Positions 48,762 to 59,929 of a stretch of DNA of 64,000 nucleotides are shown in pieces. The DNA lies in the NCBI GenBank assembly GCA_963745745.1, contig CAVUYS010000097.1:62049-126048 (forward strand). Direction: 5' to 3'. Positions within the stretch are counted from its first letter, which is position 1. The number at the start of each line of letters is the position of its first letter. The translations under genes were made by a program, and so were the position numbers. The notes beneath the pieces are model-generated. The model ran no database searches. It was given only the letters and a program-made list of their open reading frames with translations, and had not been told where the DNA came from. The DNA is from an uncultured Spirochaetota bacterium (GTDB taxonomy: Bacteria > Spirochaetota > Spirochaetia > SZUA-6 > DRHE01).

Positions 48762-50735
48762 ATGAAACGCTTGATCGTCCTGCTTGGCCTGTCCGCCTGT
48801 GCCATCCTGCTTTTCGGCTGCGCGACAGCGGCCCCGCCGGCCCAGGAGGCGGGCAGGCTGCAGGAAGTCATCAATGCGGCCTGCTTCGAGGTGGTCGTTC
48901 CCCGGGTGGAAAAGGACTCCCTGGCCTACGAGAAGCCGCTGCCCTGGGAGCTGATCCCCTTCAACGTGCGCAACGACAAGTATCTTCCCCTGGGCACCGC
49001 CTTCGCCATCGCGCCGGACCGCTTCCTCACCGCTTCGCACGTGGTCAGCCTCATGGACAACACCAGGCTGTACGGCGAGCTCGCCCTGCGCGACAAGCAG
49101 GGCCAGGTCTACCCCATCACTGCCCTGCAGAGCTTCCACGTGCAAAAGGATTTCGCCATCTTCACCTGCGCAGGCCTCCAGGCCGCCCGCTTCCTGAAGC
49201 TGCGGCCCTCCTTCTCGCTCAACGAGGCGGTCTACGCGGTGGGCAACATCTACGGCCAGGGACTGGTGGCGGTGCCCAGCAGCATCCTGGGCACCCTGCC
49301 GGAGTCGGAGGACGGGCGCTGGCAGTACATCAAAAGCTCCCCGCCCAACGGCGAGGGCTCCAGCGGCGGGCCCCTGCTGGACAAGGACTTCAACGTCCTC
49401 GGCATCATCACCAGCAAGGACGACAACTTCAGCTACTCCCTGCCGGCGGCCGAGGTCCAGGACAGCCCCGCGGACAAGGGCGTTTTCCATGCCCGGACCC
49501 ATTTCCGCTTCAGCCTGCTGCCGGGCAAGTCCTCGGAGCCGATGGACTTCGACCTGGAGCTGGACCTGCCCAAGCCGCTGGCCGAGGTCCGGCGCATCGC
49601 CCACGCCGCCTACGTGGAGCACTGCCGGAAGGGCATGGATCGCTTCCTGGCCAGCCAGGGGCAGGAGTACTTCCCCAACGGCAAGAGCTCGGCCCAGGCC
49701 CTGCAGGATTCCTGCGACTCCTCGGGGCTGCAGCTGCTCTACAAGGACAAGGACGACGGCAAGTGGTACTTCAGCTCCCTGGAGAAGTCCACCTCCTCCC
49801 TGCCGGAGAACGCCAAGGTCTTCCATTCGTCGGTGGACGGGACGATCTTCCTGGACCTGGTCAAGCCGGACAACGTCACGCACGCCAGTCTGTACGGCGA
49901 CCCGAAGCTGACCATGGACCTGATCCTGCGGGGGATCACCATTCCCCGCACCTTCGCGGGCCAGGACATCCGCATCGTATCCCTGGGCTCCCCGTACGGC
50001 GAGGATTCCTACCAGGACTCCTATCGACGGCAGTGGAGGATCCAGTACTGGCAGGTGGAGTTCTCCGACCAGGTGGCCATCCTGCTGTCCACGCCGACGC
50101 CGGATGGGTTGGTCGGGGCGCTGCGCTTCTGCAACTACGACGACCTGGAATCCTGGCTGTACGACCTGAAAAAGATCACGGACCTGACCTATATCCCGTA
50201 CGTGGGCACGCTGGTCCAGTGGCAGGGTTTCCTGCAGCAAAGCTCCCACCTCTACCCTCCCCTGAGCACGGCCCGCATCCTCCACCAGAACGGCGTGTCG
50301 CTGCGGGTGGAGTGGGGGGATTTCCGCCTGTCCTGCGACAACAAGCAGTTCGAGATCTCGGACAAGATGTACCTCGGCCTGATGCACGACTTCTACCTGG
50401 ACCGGGGCAAGGTGGTCTGGGGGCTGCGGCGGGTCAGCCTGGACGAGGAAAGGCGGCACAACTACTTCGTCTCCTATCGCTACCTGCGGCCGCCGGAAGG
50501 CCTGGATGCCGGATACGAGAAGCAGTGGCAGGGCTTCAGCGGCCGGGATTACCCGTACAACGAAGTGCCCTTCTCCAAGGACGGCCGGACCGACATCGGC
50601 ACGGTGCTGCGCCTGGCGGACGCCGGCTCCCCTTTCGGCTACTCGCTGTACCTGGCCCAGGAGGGCACCATCGCCCCCGAGCTCATGAAGCAGAAGCTGA
50701 CGCAGCTGAAGAGCTGCCTGGTCTACGGGCGGTGA
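48762..50735 (+). CDS. Trypsin-like (S1) serine protease lipoprotein with a long C-terminal extension
   Basis: Lipobox LLFGC; GTAF, LTASHV, DFA and GSSGGPL give the catalytic triad. Confidence 0.85.
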   Translation: MKRLIVLLGLSACAILLFGCATAAPPAQEAGRLQEVINAACFEVVVPRVEKDSLAYEKPLPWELIPFNVRNDKYLPLGTAFAIAPDRFLTASHVVSLMDNTRLYGELALRDKQGQVYPITALQSFHVQKDFAIFTCAGLQAARFLKLRPSFSLNEAVYAVGNIYGQGLVAVPSSILGTLPESEDGRWQYIKSSPPNGEGSSGGPLLDKDFNVLGIITSKDDNFSYSLPAAEVQDSPADKGVFHARTHFRFSLLPGKSSEPMDFDLELDLPKPLAEVRRIAHAAYVEHCRKGMDRFLASQGQEYFPNGKSSAQALQDSCDSSGLQLLYKDKDDGKWYFSSLEKSTSSLPENAKVFHSSVDGTIFLDLVKPDNVTHASLYGDPKLTMDLILRGITIPRTFAGQDIRIVSLGSPYGEDSYQDSYRRQWRIQYWQVEFSDQVAILLSTPTPDGLVGALRFCNYDDLESWLYDLKKITDLTYIPYVGTLVQWQGFLQQSSHLYPPLSTARILHQNGVSLRVEWGDFRLSCDNKQFEISDKMYLGLMHDFYLDRGKVVWGLRRVSLDEERRHNYFVSYRYLRPPEGLDAGYEKQWQGFSGRDYPYNEVPFSKDGRTDIGTVLRLADAGSPFGYSLYLAQEGTIAPELMKQKLTQLKSCLVYGR

Positions 50736-50761
50736 CTTGCGGACGCTAAGGGCCCGGCCGC

Positions 50762-52230
50762 TCAGTCGGCCGGCAGCCGGAAGCCTTCCAGGGAAGTCAC
50801 CGTGATGTTCACCTTCTGCGAGGTCGAGGGTCACGGGGTAGCCCGCGCGCTGCAGCTCCTTCATGGAGAGGCGCAGCCAGTCCCCGAAAGAGCCCCTGCG
50901 GGTCAGGTCAGGGTCCATGGAATCCGCGCCGCCGTATCCCAGCTCCCGCGCCGCGGGCAGCAGGATGCTCTTCGCCGCCCAGTAGTCCAGGGCCACCGGG
51001 TCCCGGGAGGCGGCGATGATGTTCGCCTGCGCGGCCTGGGAGTACGAGGTCCGCGGGCCCCGTCCCGGAGCCGCGTTGATCCAGACGGCGTCCAGGACAT
51101 TGAGCACCGGAAAGCGCGTTTGGGCCATCTGGGTGCCCATGCCCCCCGTGCCGACGCTGCGGTGGGGGGTGTGGCCGGCCAGCCGGTCCGATACCACGCC
51201 CATGTAATGCTTGACGCTGGCGGTGACGCCGTAGATCGAATGGGACTTCAGCACGGGCACGTTGATCACTTTCAGGCGTTCAGAATCGTAGCTCCCGGAG
51301 CCGGGATCCCATACGCCTTCCTTGAAGCTGATGCGCGTGCCGTACCGGGTGGCGAACTTGGGGTAGGAGACGATGATGCCGGTCTCCGGCGACGCGGAGG
51401 ATTCCACCACGTACCCGTCCCTGGCGTCACCGCGGGCGTACTCCTCCACCCGGCTGGAGGTGAGGCGGTCCCAGGACACCGTGGAGACCTTGTGCCGGGC
51501 GGAAAACCTCTCCGCCACCTTCCGCATGGACTGGGTCTGGTCGACGGCATTGTTCCGCTCCCAATCCAGGCTCCCCCCGCTGCCCGCGGCCCCGTACTGG
51601 GCCTGGCCGTTGTCGGCGATCACGATCTCCCCGGCGAACCCGTCGGGGTGTCCGAGCACGCCCTCGACGATCGCCTTGACCAGGTCCGTGTTCGTTCCCC
51701 CGCGCTCGTCCCACTGGCTGTTGACCTTGAGGATGAGCACGTCGTCCCGGTTGAACAGGGCGTAGAAGGACTGACCCCTGCCCTCCATCTTCGCTGATTA
51801 GGCGCTGGAAACCTTCATCCGCGCCCGTGGTGCCCTGGACGGCATAGATGTCCGAGGAGGTGCCTGCCGGCAGCCGCCTTGCGGCCAGTTTCAAGTCCAC
51901 CACCTGTCCCGCCGGCTGGGAGCGCTGGAAGGAAGCGCTGGCAAAAAAGCCTGCCGCCTGCCCGGCGATGCCCGCGGCGGCCACTGCCGCCAGAAACAGG
52001 ACCACGATGCGCAGAGGGGCCGGACCTGCCAGGAGAGCCTCGCGCCGCGCGATGGCGGGGAGCGGGAGCGCCAGCGTGCCCAGCCAGGTCGAGGCGTTGG
52101 CCAGGGCGGCCTTCTGGCAAGGGTAGGCGGCCCGCGACGGCTTGCTGCCCGTGCGGATCACAAACCACAGCAGGCTGGCGATCCCCATCACCAGGAAGCC
52201 GTACCACACGCGCTTATGGCTGTGATTCAT
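50762..52230 (-). CDS. Membrane-anchored DUF362 protein (frameshifts near 51790 and 50815)
   Basis: N-terminal TMs with [13 protein letters not shown]; [24 protein letters not shown] and DPVALDY. Confidence 0.75.
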
Positions 52231-52299
52231 GAGTACATCTGTAGTGTTTGCGCCTGCCATTGTCAATCCGGGATGCGATGTATTACAATCGAGCCCGGC

Positions 52300-52491
52300 A
52301 TGGCTGAACGAATCGGTGATTTTCTGGTCAGGGTCGGCAGTCTGAAAGCCTCCCAGGTCGACGAGGTCCTGCGCCTCCAGAAGGCGGGGGACTCCCGGAA
52401 ATTCGGGGAAATCGCCCTGGAGTTGGGCTACATCAGCGATGACGCCATCAAACGCTTCGTGGACTACCTGGAAAAAATGAACCCCGGCTGA
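52300..52491 (+). CDS. Stand-alone MshEN-like (c-di-GMP binding) small protein
   Basis: RIGDFLVRVGSLKASQVDEVLRLQ, a short linker, then KFGEIALELGYI; matches the tandem RLGxxLxxxG motif. Confidence 0.7.
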   Translation: MAERIGDFLVRVGSLKASQVDEVLRLQKAGDSRKFGEIALELGYISDDAIKRFVDYLEKMNPG

Positions 52492-52541
52492 CCTCCGCCT
52501 ACACGAAAACCGCTGCCCGCCCGTCGATATGGGTGTACGCC

Positions 52542-53073
52542 ATGAACGATTCCCATGAACGGCTGGAGAAAGCCTACAGGAGCGAAAAACCCCGGTTCCT
52601 GGCCCGCCTGCGCGCCGCCGGGCGCACCCTGGAGGAAGCCGAGGACATCGTGCACGACGTCTATGCCGAGACCATGGAGCGCCTGCACCTGGTGGCGGAC
52701 ATCGACAACCTGCCGGCCTGGATCAATTCGCTGCTCACCCGGCGGCTGATCGACGCCTGGCGCCACGATCGGGTCCGCGCCGCATCCGGCGAAACCGACG
52801 TGACCGAGGATACGCTGCGGGAGATCATCTCCGGCGATCGGCCTGGACCCGCAGGACGCCTTCGTCCGGGACAGCCTCCTGGAGGCGCTGAACGACGCCC
52901 TGCGGGCCCTGCCGGCCGCCCAGCGCCGGGTGGTGGAAGCCCAGGTATTCGGCGGCCTGAGCTTCCGGGAAATCGCGGAAGCCACGGGCGAGAGCATCGA
53001 CACCCTGACGGCGCGCAAGCGCTACGCGCTGCGCAATCTCTCCCGGGCCCTGAGGCACTGGATCGAAGAATGA
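52542..53073 (+). CDS. ECF sigma-70 factor (frameshift near 52835)
   Basis: EAEDIVHDVY, WINSLLTRRLIDAWR; region 4 ALRALPAAQRRVV...GLSFREIAEATGESIDTL..RKRYA. Confidence 0.88.
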
Positions 53074-53119
53074 GATGCGGAGTGCGAAGCGAATGTCGCA
53101 AGCGAAGGAGGATGTCGAC

Positions 53120-53427
53120 ATGGATGACCTGGTGGGAAGACCGCAGCCTGCCCCAGAAGATCCTTCTGGGGATCGGGTTCGGCATCCTCGGGGATCGGCC
53201 TGCTCGCCCTCTTCGGCTGGGTCGTCATGCTGCTGTGGAACTGGCTGATGCCGGAGATCTTCGGCCTCAAGCGCCTGAACTACTGGCAGGCCTGGGGATT
53301 GCTGGCCCTGTGCACGATCCTGTTCAAGGGTTTCGGCTCGGGCGGCGGTGACAACCGCAGCGATCGCAAGCGCAAGAGGCACCTGCGGCGCTATATGCGG
53401 GAGGAGCCGCCCTCTACGGAAGCCTGA
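53120..53427 (+). CDS. Small membrane protein downstream of the ECF sigma factor (frameshifted; start uncertain)
   Basis: WWEDRSLPQKILLGIGFG..., then VMLLWNWLMPEIFGLKRLNYWQAWGLL; RBS AAGGAGG at 53105. Confidence 0.7.
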
Positions 53428-53441
53428 CCGCAGTCGAGACC

Positions 53442-53470
53442 AAGCCCGGGGGGGACAACCCTCCGGGTTT
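53442..53470 (+). terminator. Putative intrinsic terminator
   Basis: AAGCCCGGGGGG...CCCTCCGGGTTT hairpin just after the stop codon. Confidence 0.5.
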
Positions 53471-53625
53471 CACAAAAACGTCATCCGATTTCAAAACCTG
53501 CAAGCCTGACCGCCAAAGTAATACAAACCAGACGCTCACCTGACCGGTTCCTTCCATAATAGTCTTCGAGCAGTTTTTTATTCAGGGCATCGGTTGTCTG
53601 GCATACGCCTTGCATAGAGGTGCAT

Positions 53626-55187
53626 ATGCGAAACATAGCACGACGAGTTCTCATGGCCGCATGCGCAGCACTCTTCTATGCTTGTGCGACGATCGGCCCA
53701 GAGGAGGTCAAGCAGGAAAGCGGCTTCTACTATGGGTTCGGCTCCGGCGCGACGACCTCCGAAGCCGCGGTGGAAGCGAAGCGCGACCTGATTTCCAACG
53801 CGCTGACGGAGACCGCCAGAGGCGGGAAGAGACGCATCAAGATCGACGCCGAAGTCGGCGCAGTCCTTCGAGCTTCCCAAGCTGCAGCCCATCGCCAAGG
53901 AGCAAGGCGGGCGGCCAGGAAACGGTGGTGCTCCGCATCAAGGCCGCGGAATGGGAAAAATACGAGCGGGCGCGGGAAACCGCGATCAGGACCGAGCTCC
54001 AGGAGAAGTTCGCATCTTTGCAGGATGGATACGGGCAGCCCCTGGCGGACCGCATGCTGGAGGCGGCCAGGATGCTGGATCGGCTGGCCAGGGAAGGGCT
54101 GACCGAGGAACAGGACAGCCTCCTCCTGTCCGCCGCTATTGAGGCCTTCTGCCGGGAAATCTCCGCGGGCCTATCCATCACGACGAACCCGGAGAGCGGC
54201 TTCATCGGCGTGGAGACCAGGTTCGACTGCCGTGATCCGCGGCGGGGACGGCGAACCGACCGGCTCCCTGCCCTTGCGCGTGGAGTGGACGGCCAAGGAC
54301 GCGGAACCCGCCGCCATGACGGCGACCTCCGGACCGGATGGGAATGCTCGCCCTCGCCTACCCGGCCGCGAGACGTCGTTCCGCAATACGGGCGTCCGCC
54401 TGAGCTGTTTCCACCGATTTCGCCCGCTCGGCCGCCTTCTTCGGCGGCACTGAAGGACATTGACGCGGCTTCCCGCGTCGAGGCGAGCTTCAGGCACTTC
54501 GACGACGCCGGCAAATTCTTCAGCGGCGAGGTCCTCGTCCCGGGCGGCCCCTTCACCGCGGGCGCCGTCGCGCGGGACAAGCGGGCGGCCAGGAAGGAAG
54601 CCCCCCGTCAGGCGGACACGCCGGACCTCTACATCGACCTCTATCCCGTCACGAATGCCTTGTACGAGATGTACCTCGAGGACACGAAGGCTCAAGACCT
54701 CCCGGAATACTGGGACAATCCCCAGTACAACCAGCCGGAGCAGCCCGTCATCGGCGTCTCGTACGACGACGCCGTCCGTTTCGCCTCCTGGCTGTCCGCG
54801 CAGCTCGGCGTGGTGAAGCGCCTGCCGACCGAGGACGAGTGGGAGAAAGCCGCCCGCGGCGGACGGGACGTGATCTACCCCTGGGGCGACCAGAGCCCGA
54901 CCGACGGGGTGCGGGCCAACTACAACGGCAACGGCCGCTTCAGCTCCACGTCGCCCGTGGGCAGCTTCGAGGCGGGAAAGAACGCCTACGGCCTGTTCGA
55001 CATGGCCGGGAACGTTTGGGAATGGACCTCCACCAGTAGAGCCGGCACCGGGAGCCTGATCGTCAAGGGCGGATCCTGGATGGACGGCCCCGCGGATCTG
55101 CGCGTTTCCAACCGCCGGGAGGTCGATCCCTCCAAGGGATACGTCGACGTCGGTTTCCGGCTCGTAAGGGAGGTTACTCATGAATAG
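53626..55187 (+). CDS. Lipoprotein with an LPP20-like N-terminus and a C-terminal FGE-sulfatase (SUMF1/CLec) domain; several frameshifts
   Basis: Lipobox LFYAC, YYGFGSG...AKRDL; PVTNALY, QPVIGVSYDDA, RLPTEDEWEKAARG, YGLFDMAGNVWEW and VGFRL. Confidence 0.8.
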
Positions 55188-56652
55188 GAAAATACTCGCC
55201 GCTGCCGCGGCCGCGGTTGCAGCCGCGGCAGCGATTCTGCTCGCTTCCTGCGCGACCTTCGACGATCCGGCGAGGAAAGCCACGCCGGACGAAAAGGCCA
55301 TCGCCAGGGGCACGGCCGCGTGGAACCAGAAGGGCCCCTCGGCGGCGAAGCCGTACTGGATCGAGATCAAGGACAAGACCGCCCGCGCCACCTACACGGG
55401 CTACGTGGACGCGTTCGATTCCGGCTCCAGGCACCTGGCGGATGCGGAGTCCGCCAAGGCGGGAGACGACGCGCGCATCCTGGCCTCCTACCAGAAGGCG
55501 CAGAAGGCCTTTGTCGGCCTGCCCGAGGATCTCCAGCTTCCCGACGAAACGCGCGCCAGCGGCAATGCGGTCGCGGAGGGGAGAATTCGCTCCTTCATCG
55601 CGGCGGACAGGCTGTCCAATGCCCGGGAGCTGGCCAGGGCGGCGGTCCGGACATTCGGGGGATCCGAGGCCATCGATTCGCTGAACGCGGAGATCGAGGT
55701 GATCACCGCCTCCCGAAAGCGGGAAGCCGACGCGGACGCCGTATTGGGCAAGGCCAGGGAAGCGGAGGATTTCGACGGAAAGATCGCAGGCCTCGACGCA
55801 GCCTCGGGAGCGTTCGCCAGGGCGGAGACGCTGCTGGCCGACGACGCCTCCAAGGCCAAGGTCTCCAAGAGCCAGAGCGTGGTGCGGGAAGCCGCCAAAC
55901 TCCGCAAGAAGCGCCAGGATCTGGTGGTGGAAAGGGAGAAACTCCTGCGCGGGCAGGCCTACATCTACAAGGACCGCATCGGGGAGGAGTTCGCCCGGGT
56001 TCCCGACAAGGACAAGGTCGGCAGCATGAGCCTGGAGGAGCTGCTCAAGCACCAGGAAGCCGTGAAGGCCAACGTCGAGGCGGCCTACGACGAGATGACC
56101 CGGTTCGCGGCCCGCTATCCCCAGGCGGCCGATCCCGAAATGATGGCGGAGATCGAGGAGCAGAAGAAGGACCTCGACGCCAAGATCGCCCAGGTGAACG
56201 CCGAGATCCGGACCGCCAAGGAGATCGCCAGCCGCGGCAAGGTCGTCATGCCGATCATGATCGGGCTGTTCAATCCCCAGCCGGGGACGGCCGCGGAAGC
56301 CAAGAAGAGCCGCCCCGCGATCTTCCAGGCCAAGGGCGTCAAGGACACCGAGTACTGGTGGGGCATGATCTCGATCCCCAAAGGCACCCTGAACGATCTG
56401 GTGGTCACGGTGAATGACAGCAGGGCGGTGCGGGTTTTCACGGACAACACCAAGTCCGGGACCCTGATCGAGAAGAACAAGATGAAGGACCTGGTCAATC
56501 GGGGATACAAGGTCGGCAACTCCTGGCCGGTCCTGAACGCCGGCGAGCAGCTCTCCACGGACAAGTACTTCTTCGAGGTACAGAAGGGCAAGACCCCCGA
56601 CTATGAGGGCGAGGTCGTCGTCTACAGCTCGTTTATCGTAAGGATGCGTTAA
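55180..56652 (+). CDS. Hypothetical lipoprotein (helical/coiled-coil body, beta C-terminal domain)
   Basis: Lipobox LLASC, RBS GGAGG, intact 490-aa ORF overlapping both neighbours. Confidence 0.8.
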   Translation: MNRKILAAAAAAVAAAAAILLASCATFDDPARKATPDEKAIARGTAAWNQKGPSAAKPYWIEIKDKTARATYTGYVDAFDSGSRHLADAESAKAGDDARILASYQKAQKAFVGLPEDLQLPDETRASGNAVAEGRIRSFIAADRLSNARELARAAVRTFGGSEAIDSLNAEIEVITASRKREADADAVLGKAREAEDFDGKIAGLDAASGAFARAETLLADDASKAKVSKSQSVVREAAKLRKKRQDLVVEREKLLRGQAYIYKDRIGEEFARVPDKDKVGSMSLEELLKHQEAVKANVEAAYDEMTRFAARYPQAADPEMMAEIEEQKKDLDAKIAQVNAEIRTAKEIASRGKVVMPIMIGLFNPQPGTAAEAKKSRPAIFQAKGVKDTEYWWGMISIPKGTLNDLVVTVNDSRAVRVFTDNTKSGTLIEKNKMKDLVNRGYKVGNSWPVLNAGEQLSTDKYFFEVQKGKTPDYEGEVVVYSSFIVRMR

Positions 56653-58251
56653 TGACCAACAAAAACAGAACCATCATCATCGCCGTCTGCCTCGCGGTCG
56701 TGGCGGCAGCGGCCAGCCTCGGCGTATTCTTGTTGTGGAAACCCGAGCCCAAGGGCATCGTGGTCGCGGTTTCCAGCCTTCCCGACTCCCTGAACCCGGT
56801 GCTGGCCCAGAACGTCTCCGGCCTCAATGCGGACGAGCTGGTCTTCGACGGCCTGGTGAACTTCGAGGTGGACCCCGAGAGCGGCAAGCTCTACCCGGAG
56901 CTGGCCCTGGCGGAGGCGATCGAGCAGGATCCGGCCACCAAGAAGGACTACACGGTCCTGCTCCGGCAGGTCTACTGGCACGATGGCACGGAGCTGACCG
57001 CGGAAGACGTCGAGTACTCCTTCGCCGCCTATACCGACGAGGAGAACGATTCGCCCAGGCGCGACTACCTGCTGTCCTTCATCCAGAGCGTGAAAGCCGT
57101 GGATGCGCGCACGGTGAAGATCGAGTTCACCAAGCCGCTGCCCCCGTTCCGCGCCTACCCCGTGCTGACCTTCAAGATCATCCCCGCCAACTACCGCGCC
57201 CAAAAGATGGAAACCAACATGCGGTCGGGGGAAAACGAACGGAACTTCTCGGTGGAGCCGGTCGGGACCGGGCCGTTCAAGCTCACGGGGTGGGAAATCG
57301 GGAAATGGGTGAGCTTCGACGCGAACGGGACCTACTTCAAGAAGCGCCCGCAGGCCACCTCGCTGGTCATCAAAAGGGTGATCGACCCCATCATCCGGAT
57401 GAACGAGCTGCGCAGGAGCAGGATCAACCTGATCCTCGAGACCTCCCCCCTGGACCGGCCGAAGGTCGAAAAGATGTCCCGGGTGGACATCGAATCCTTC
57501 CTGCCCTACGCCTTCTATCAGGTGGCCATCAACACCCGGCTGTTCCGCAGCGCTGACGCCCGCAAGGCGATGTCGATGGTCCTGGACCGCGCCAGCCTGG
57601 TGCCCGAGATCACCAACCGCAAACAGGGCGTCGTGCTGAACTACGGGCCCTTCCCCTCGGACCTCTTCGCCAGGAACATCCCCGAATACGTCGCCACGCC
57701 CGTTCCCAACCTGCTGCCCCAGGACGAAAACGAGGCGAAGGCCCTGGCCGAGTCCGGCGGCCTGAGCCGGCCAGAGCGCCATACTGCTCTACCCCGATTC
57801 CCTGGGCGAGTTCGGGACCGCGATGGCCAAGAGCATCGTCGAGCAGCTGGCCCGCATCGGGCTGCAGGTCGAGGCCAAGCGCACCGGGGACCAGGTGTTC
57901 AAGCGCCTGGTGTTCTCCGAGAAATCCTTCGAGCTGGCCCTGCTCTACTGCGACGGCTTCGACAACCTGTATTCGAGCCTGGACCAGTGGTTCCACTCCA
58001 AGGGCAAGGACAACATCTCCGGCATAGCCGACGCCGGCCTGGACGCGCTCCTGGACGAATGGGGCAAGGCGGTGGTCACCGAGGACTGGGTGGAGCTCAC
58101 CCTGCGGGTCAACCGGAGGATCGCGGAGCTGGCCCCGGCCATTTTCCTGTGCACCCTGCAGAAGGACGTGTATTCCCGCGGGTTGAAGGGAGTGGCCATC
58201 GCCACCGACAATCCGTTCCTGTCGATCGAAGACTGGTCGATCGGGGGATAA
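56652..58251 (+). CDS. ABC substrate-binding protein family 5 (Opp/Dpp/Nik type), N-terminal TM anchor; frameshift near 57770
   Basis: PDSLNPV, VFDGLV, WHDGTELTAEDVEYSF and PVGTGPFK. Confidence 0.88.
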
Positions 58252-58256
58252 GGCGG

Positions 58257-59142
58257 ATGCGCTTCATTCGTTTTCTCGCCCGCGAGCTCGCTCATCCACG
58301 GCGTGCTGTTCACCGTGGCGGGGACCGCGATACTCTCCCTGCTCTACCTGCTGTCCATCGGCGCGCCGCCGGAAAGCTTCGCCCGGACCGGACAGTCCTT
58401 CCTGCTCCTGCTCTCGGGCTCCCAGGATTTCTCCATCGACCATCCCGGCTTCAGCGCCGGCCAGATCATCGCCAGCGGGGCCGCCGTGACGCTCCCCCTG
58501 GCGCTGGCCTCGCTCCTGCTGCTGACCGTCGTCGCCCTCTTCGCCTCCGCCTTCGCCACCACCGCGCGCTACCTCGCGGGAAAGCACGGCCAGTTGGGCG
58601 CGGAGGCGCTCAAGCGCTCCATCGGCTTCCTGGCCTCCGTGCTGGCGGCCGTGCCGCTGTTCGTCGGCTTCTGGGTGCTCGCCAACGGATTCGGCAGCCA
58701 GGCTCCGTTCCTGCTGATCGCGATTTCCACCATCCTCCTGGGCGGACTGGCCTGGGACGCCACGCGCTTTCTCATGTCGGACATGCTGCGCCAGGTGGAA
58801 TCCACCCATGCCACCGTCTTCAGCACCCTGGGCCGGCCGTTGGGCGGGCTGTTCCCACTCCCCGGCACCTTTTCCGGCTACCTGTTCTCCTCCAGCCTGC
58901 CGCGCTTCATCCCCTATCTGGCGGGAAAGGTCCCCGCCATCATCGGGGCGGTCACCATCGGGGAGATCGTCTTCTCCTTTCCCGGCCTGGGCAGCACGCT
59001 CCTGGAGGCCCTGCTGGCCACGAACACGGATTTGCTGGTGGCCGCCGTCTTCATTCTCTTGTGCGTGAACGCGGTCGTCGCCTTCATCGTCAAATCCTTC
59101 CTATTCCTGATCTACCCGAGGTGGTATGAAAAAGCTCTATAG
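58257..59142 (+). CDS. ABC permease, OppB-like, divergent (frameshift near 58290)
   Basis: TLPLALAS and IGEIVFSFPGLGSTLL. Confidence 0.8.
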
Positions 59143-59929
59143 AATCGCCAGGGCGCTGTTTCTGCTCGCCCTGGTTTCTCCGCTCGGCCTGGCCTGGCTG
59201 CCGCCGGACCGGCTGCCCTTCGCGCTGGATCTCAGGCTGGATTCCGCATTCCTGGCGGTGCTGCAATCCTCCTTCCGGCAGCTGTCCATCACCCTCGCCG
59301 CCACGCTGGCCCTGGCGGCGCTGCTGACCGTCGCCTTGGGCTACGTGAGCGTGCTGTCGCAGCGCTTCGGCAGGACCGGGGCGAGCATCCTGAAGGCGGT
59401 CGAATCCGTCCCGGCCATTCTCGTGGCCCTTTTCTGCTACGCGCCGGTTTCGGGCTACCTGGCCCGCCATTCCAGCGGCGCTTCGCAGCTCGTGTCCCTT
59501 ATCGTGTTCATCCTGGCCGCCACCCTGACCATGCTTCCGGAAGCGGTGCGGGGCGTGGCCATCCCCCTCGGCGACCTGTACCACCGCAAATACAGCCTTT
59601 CCTTCCGTTCCTATGGCTTCACCAAACGGCGCATCCTGGCCGTCCTGATGGGGTCGCACGTCATGCGCGGCACCCTGAAACGCATTGCGGCGGGCATCCT
59701 CCTGAAGACCCTCGTCCTGGACTGTTCGTTCGGCTTCATCATCCAGCTGGGCTTCGGCAGCTACGGCACCCCGGCCCACGCCAGCCCCGGCGCCCTGATC
59801 GCGGCCAACCGGGACGCCCTTTTCGAGGGAGGCACGCCCGCCCTCTTCTGGCTGCCGTCCCTGCTCCTGGTGGCCATCAGCACCTGCTTCCTCCTCACCC
59901 TCGGCGAGCGGGAGGAGGCAGCGGCATGA
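59126..59929 (+). CDS. ABC permease, OppC-like, divergent
   Basis: ESVPAILVAL, FGFIIQLGFG..PAHASPGALI and LFWLPSLLL. Confidence 0.75.
   Translation: MKKLYRIARALFLLALVSPLGLAWLPPDRLPFALDLRLDSAFLAVLQSSFRQLSITLAATLALAALLTVALGYVSVLSQRFGRTGASILKAVESVPAILVALFCYAPVSGYLARHSSGASQLVSLIVFILAATLTMLPEAVRGVAIPLGDLYHRKYSLSFRSYGFTKRRILAVLMGSHVMRGTLKRIAAGILLKTLVLDCSFGFIIQLGFGSYGTPAHASPGALIAANRDALFEGGTPALFWLPSLLLVAISTCFLLTLGEREEAAA

Noticed and set aside
47979-51788. 1269-aa DUF362-aquaporin fusion
   Set aside because: An indel near 50815 reads through the stop-free antisense strand of the protease gene. aqpZ has its own RBS and start.
54950-55187. Diversity-generating retroelement target (FGE/CLec C-terminus, TvpA-like)
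   Set aside because: No template repeat or reverse transcriptase is visible in the window. A remote DGR cannot be excluded without a genome-wide search.
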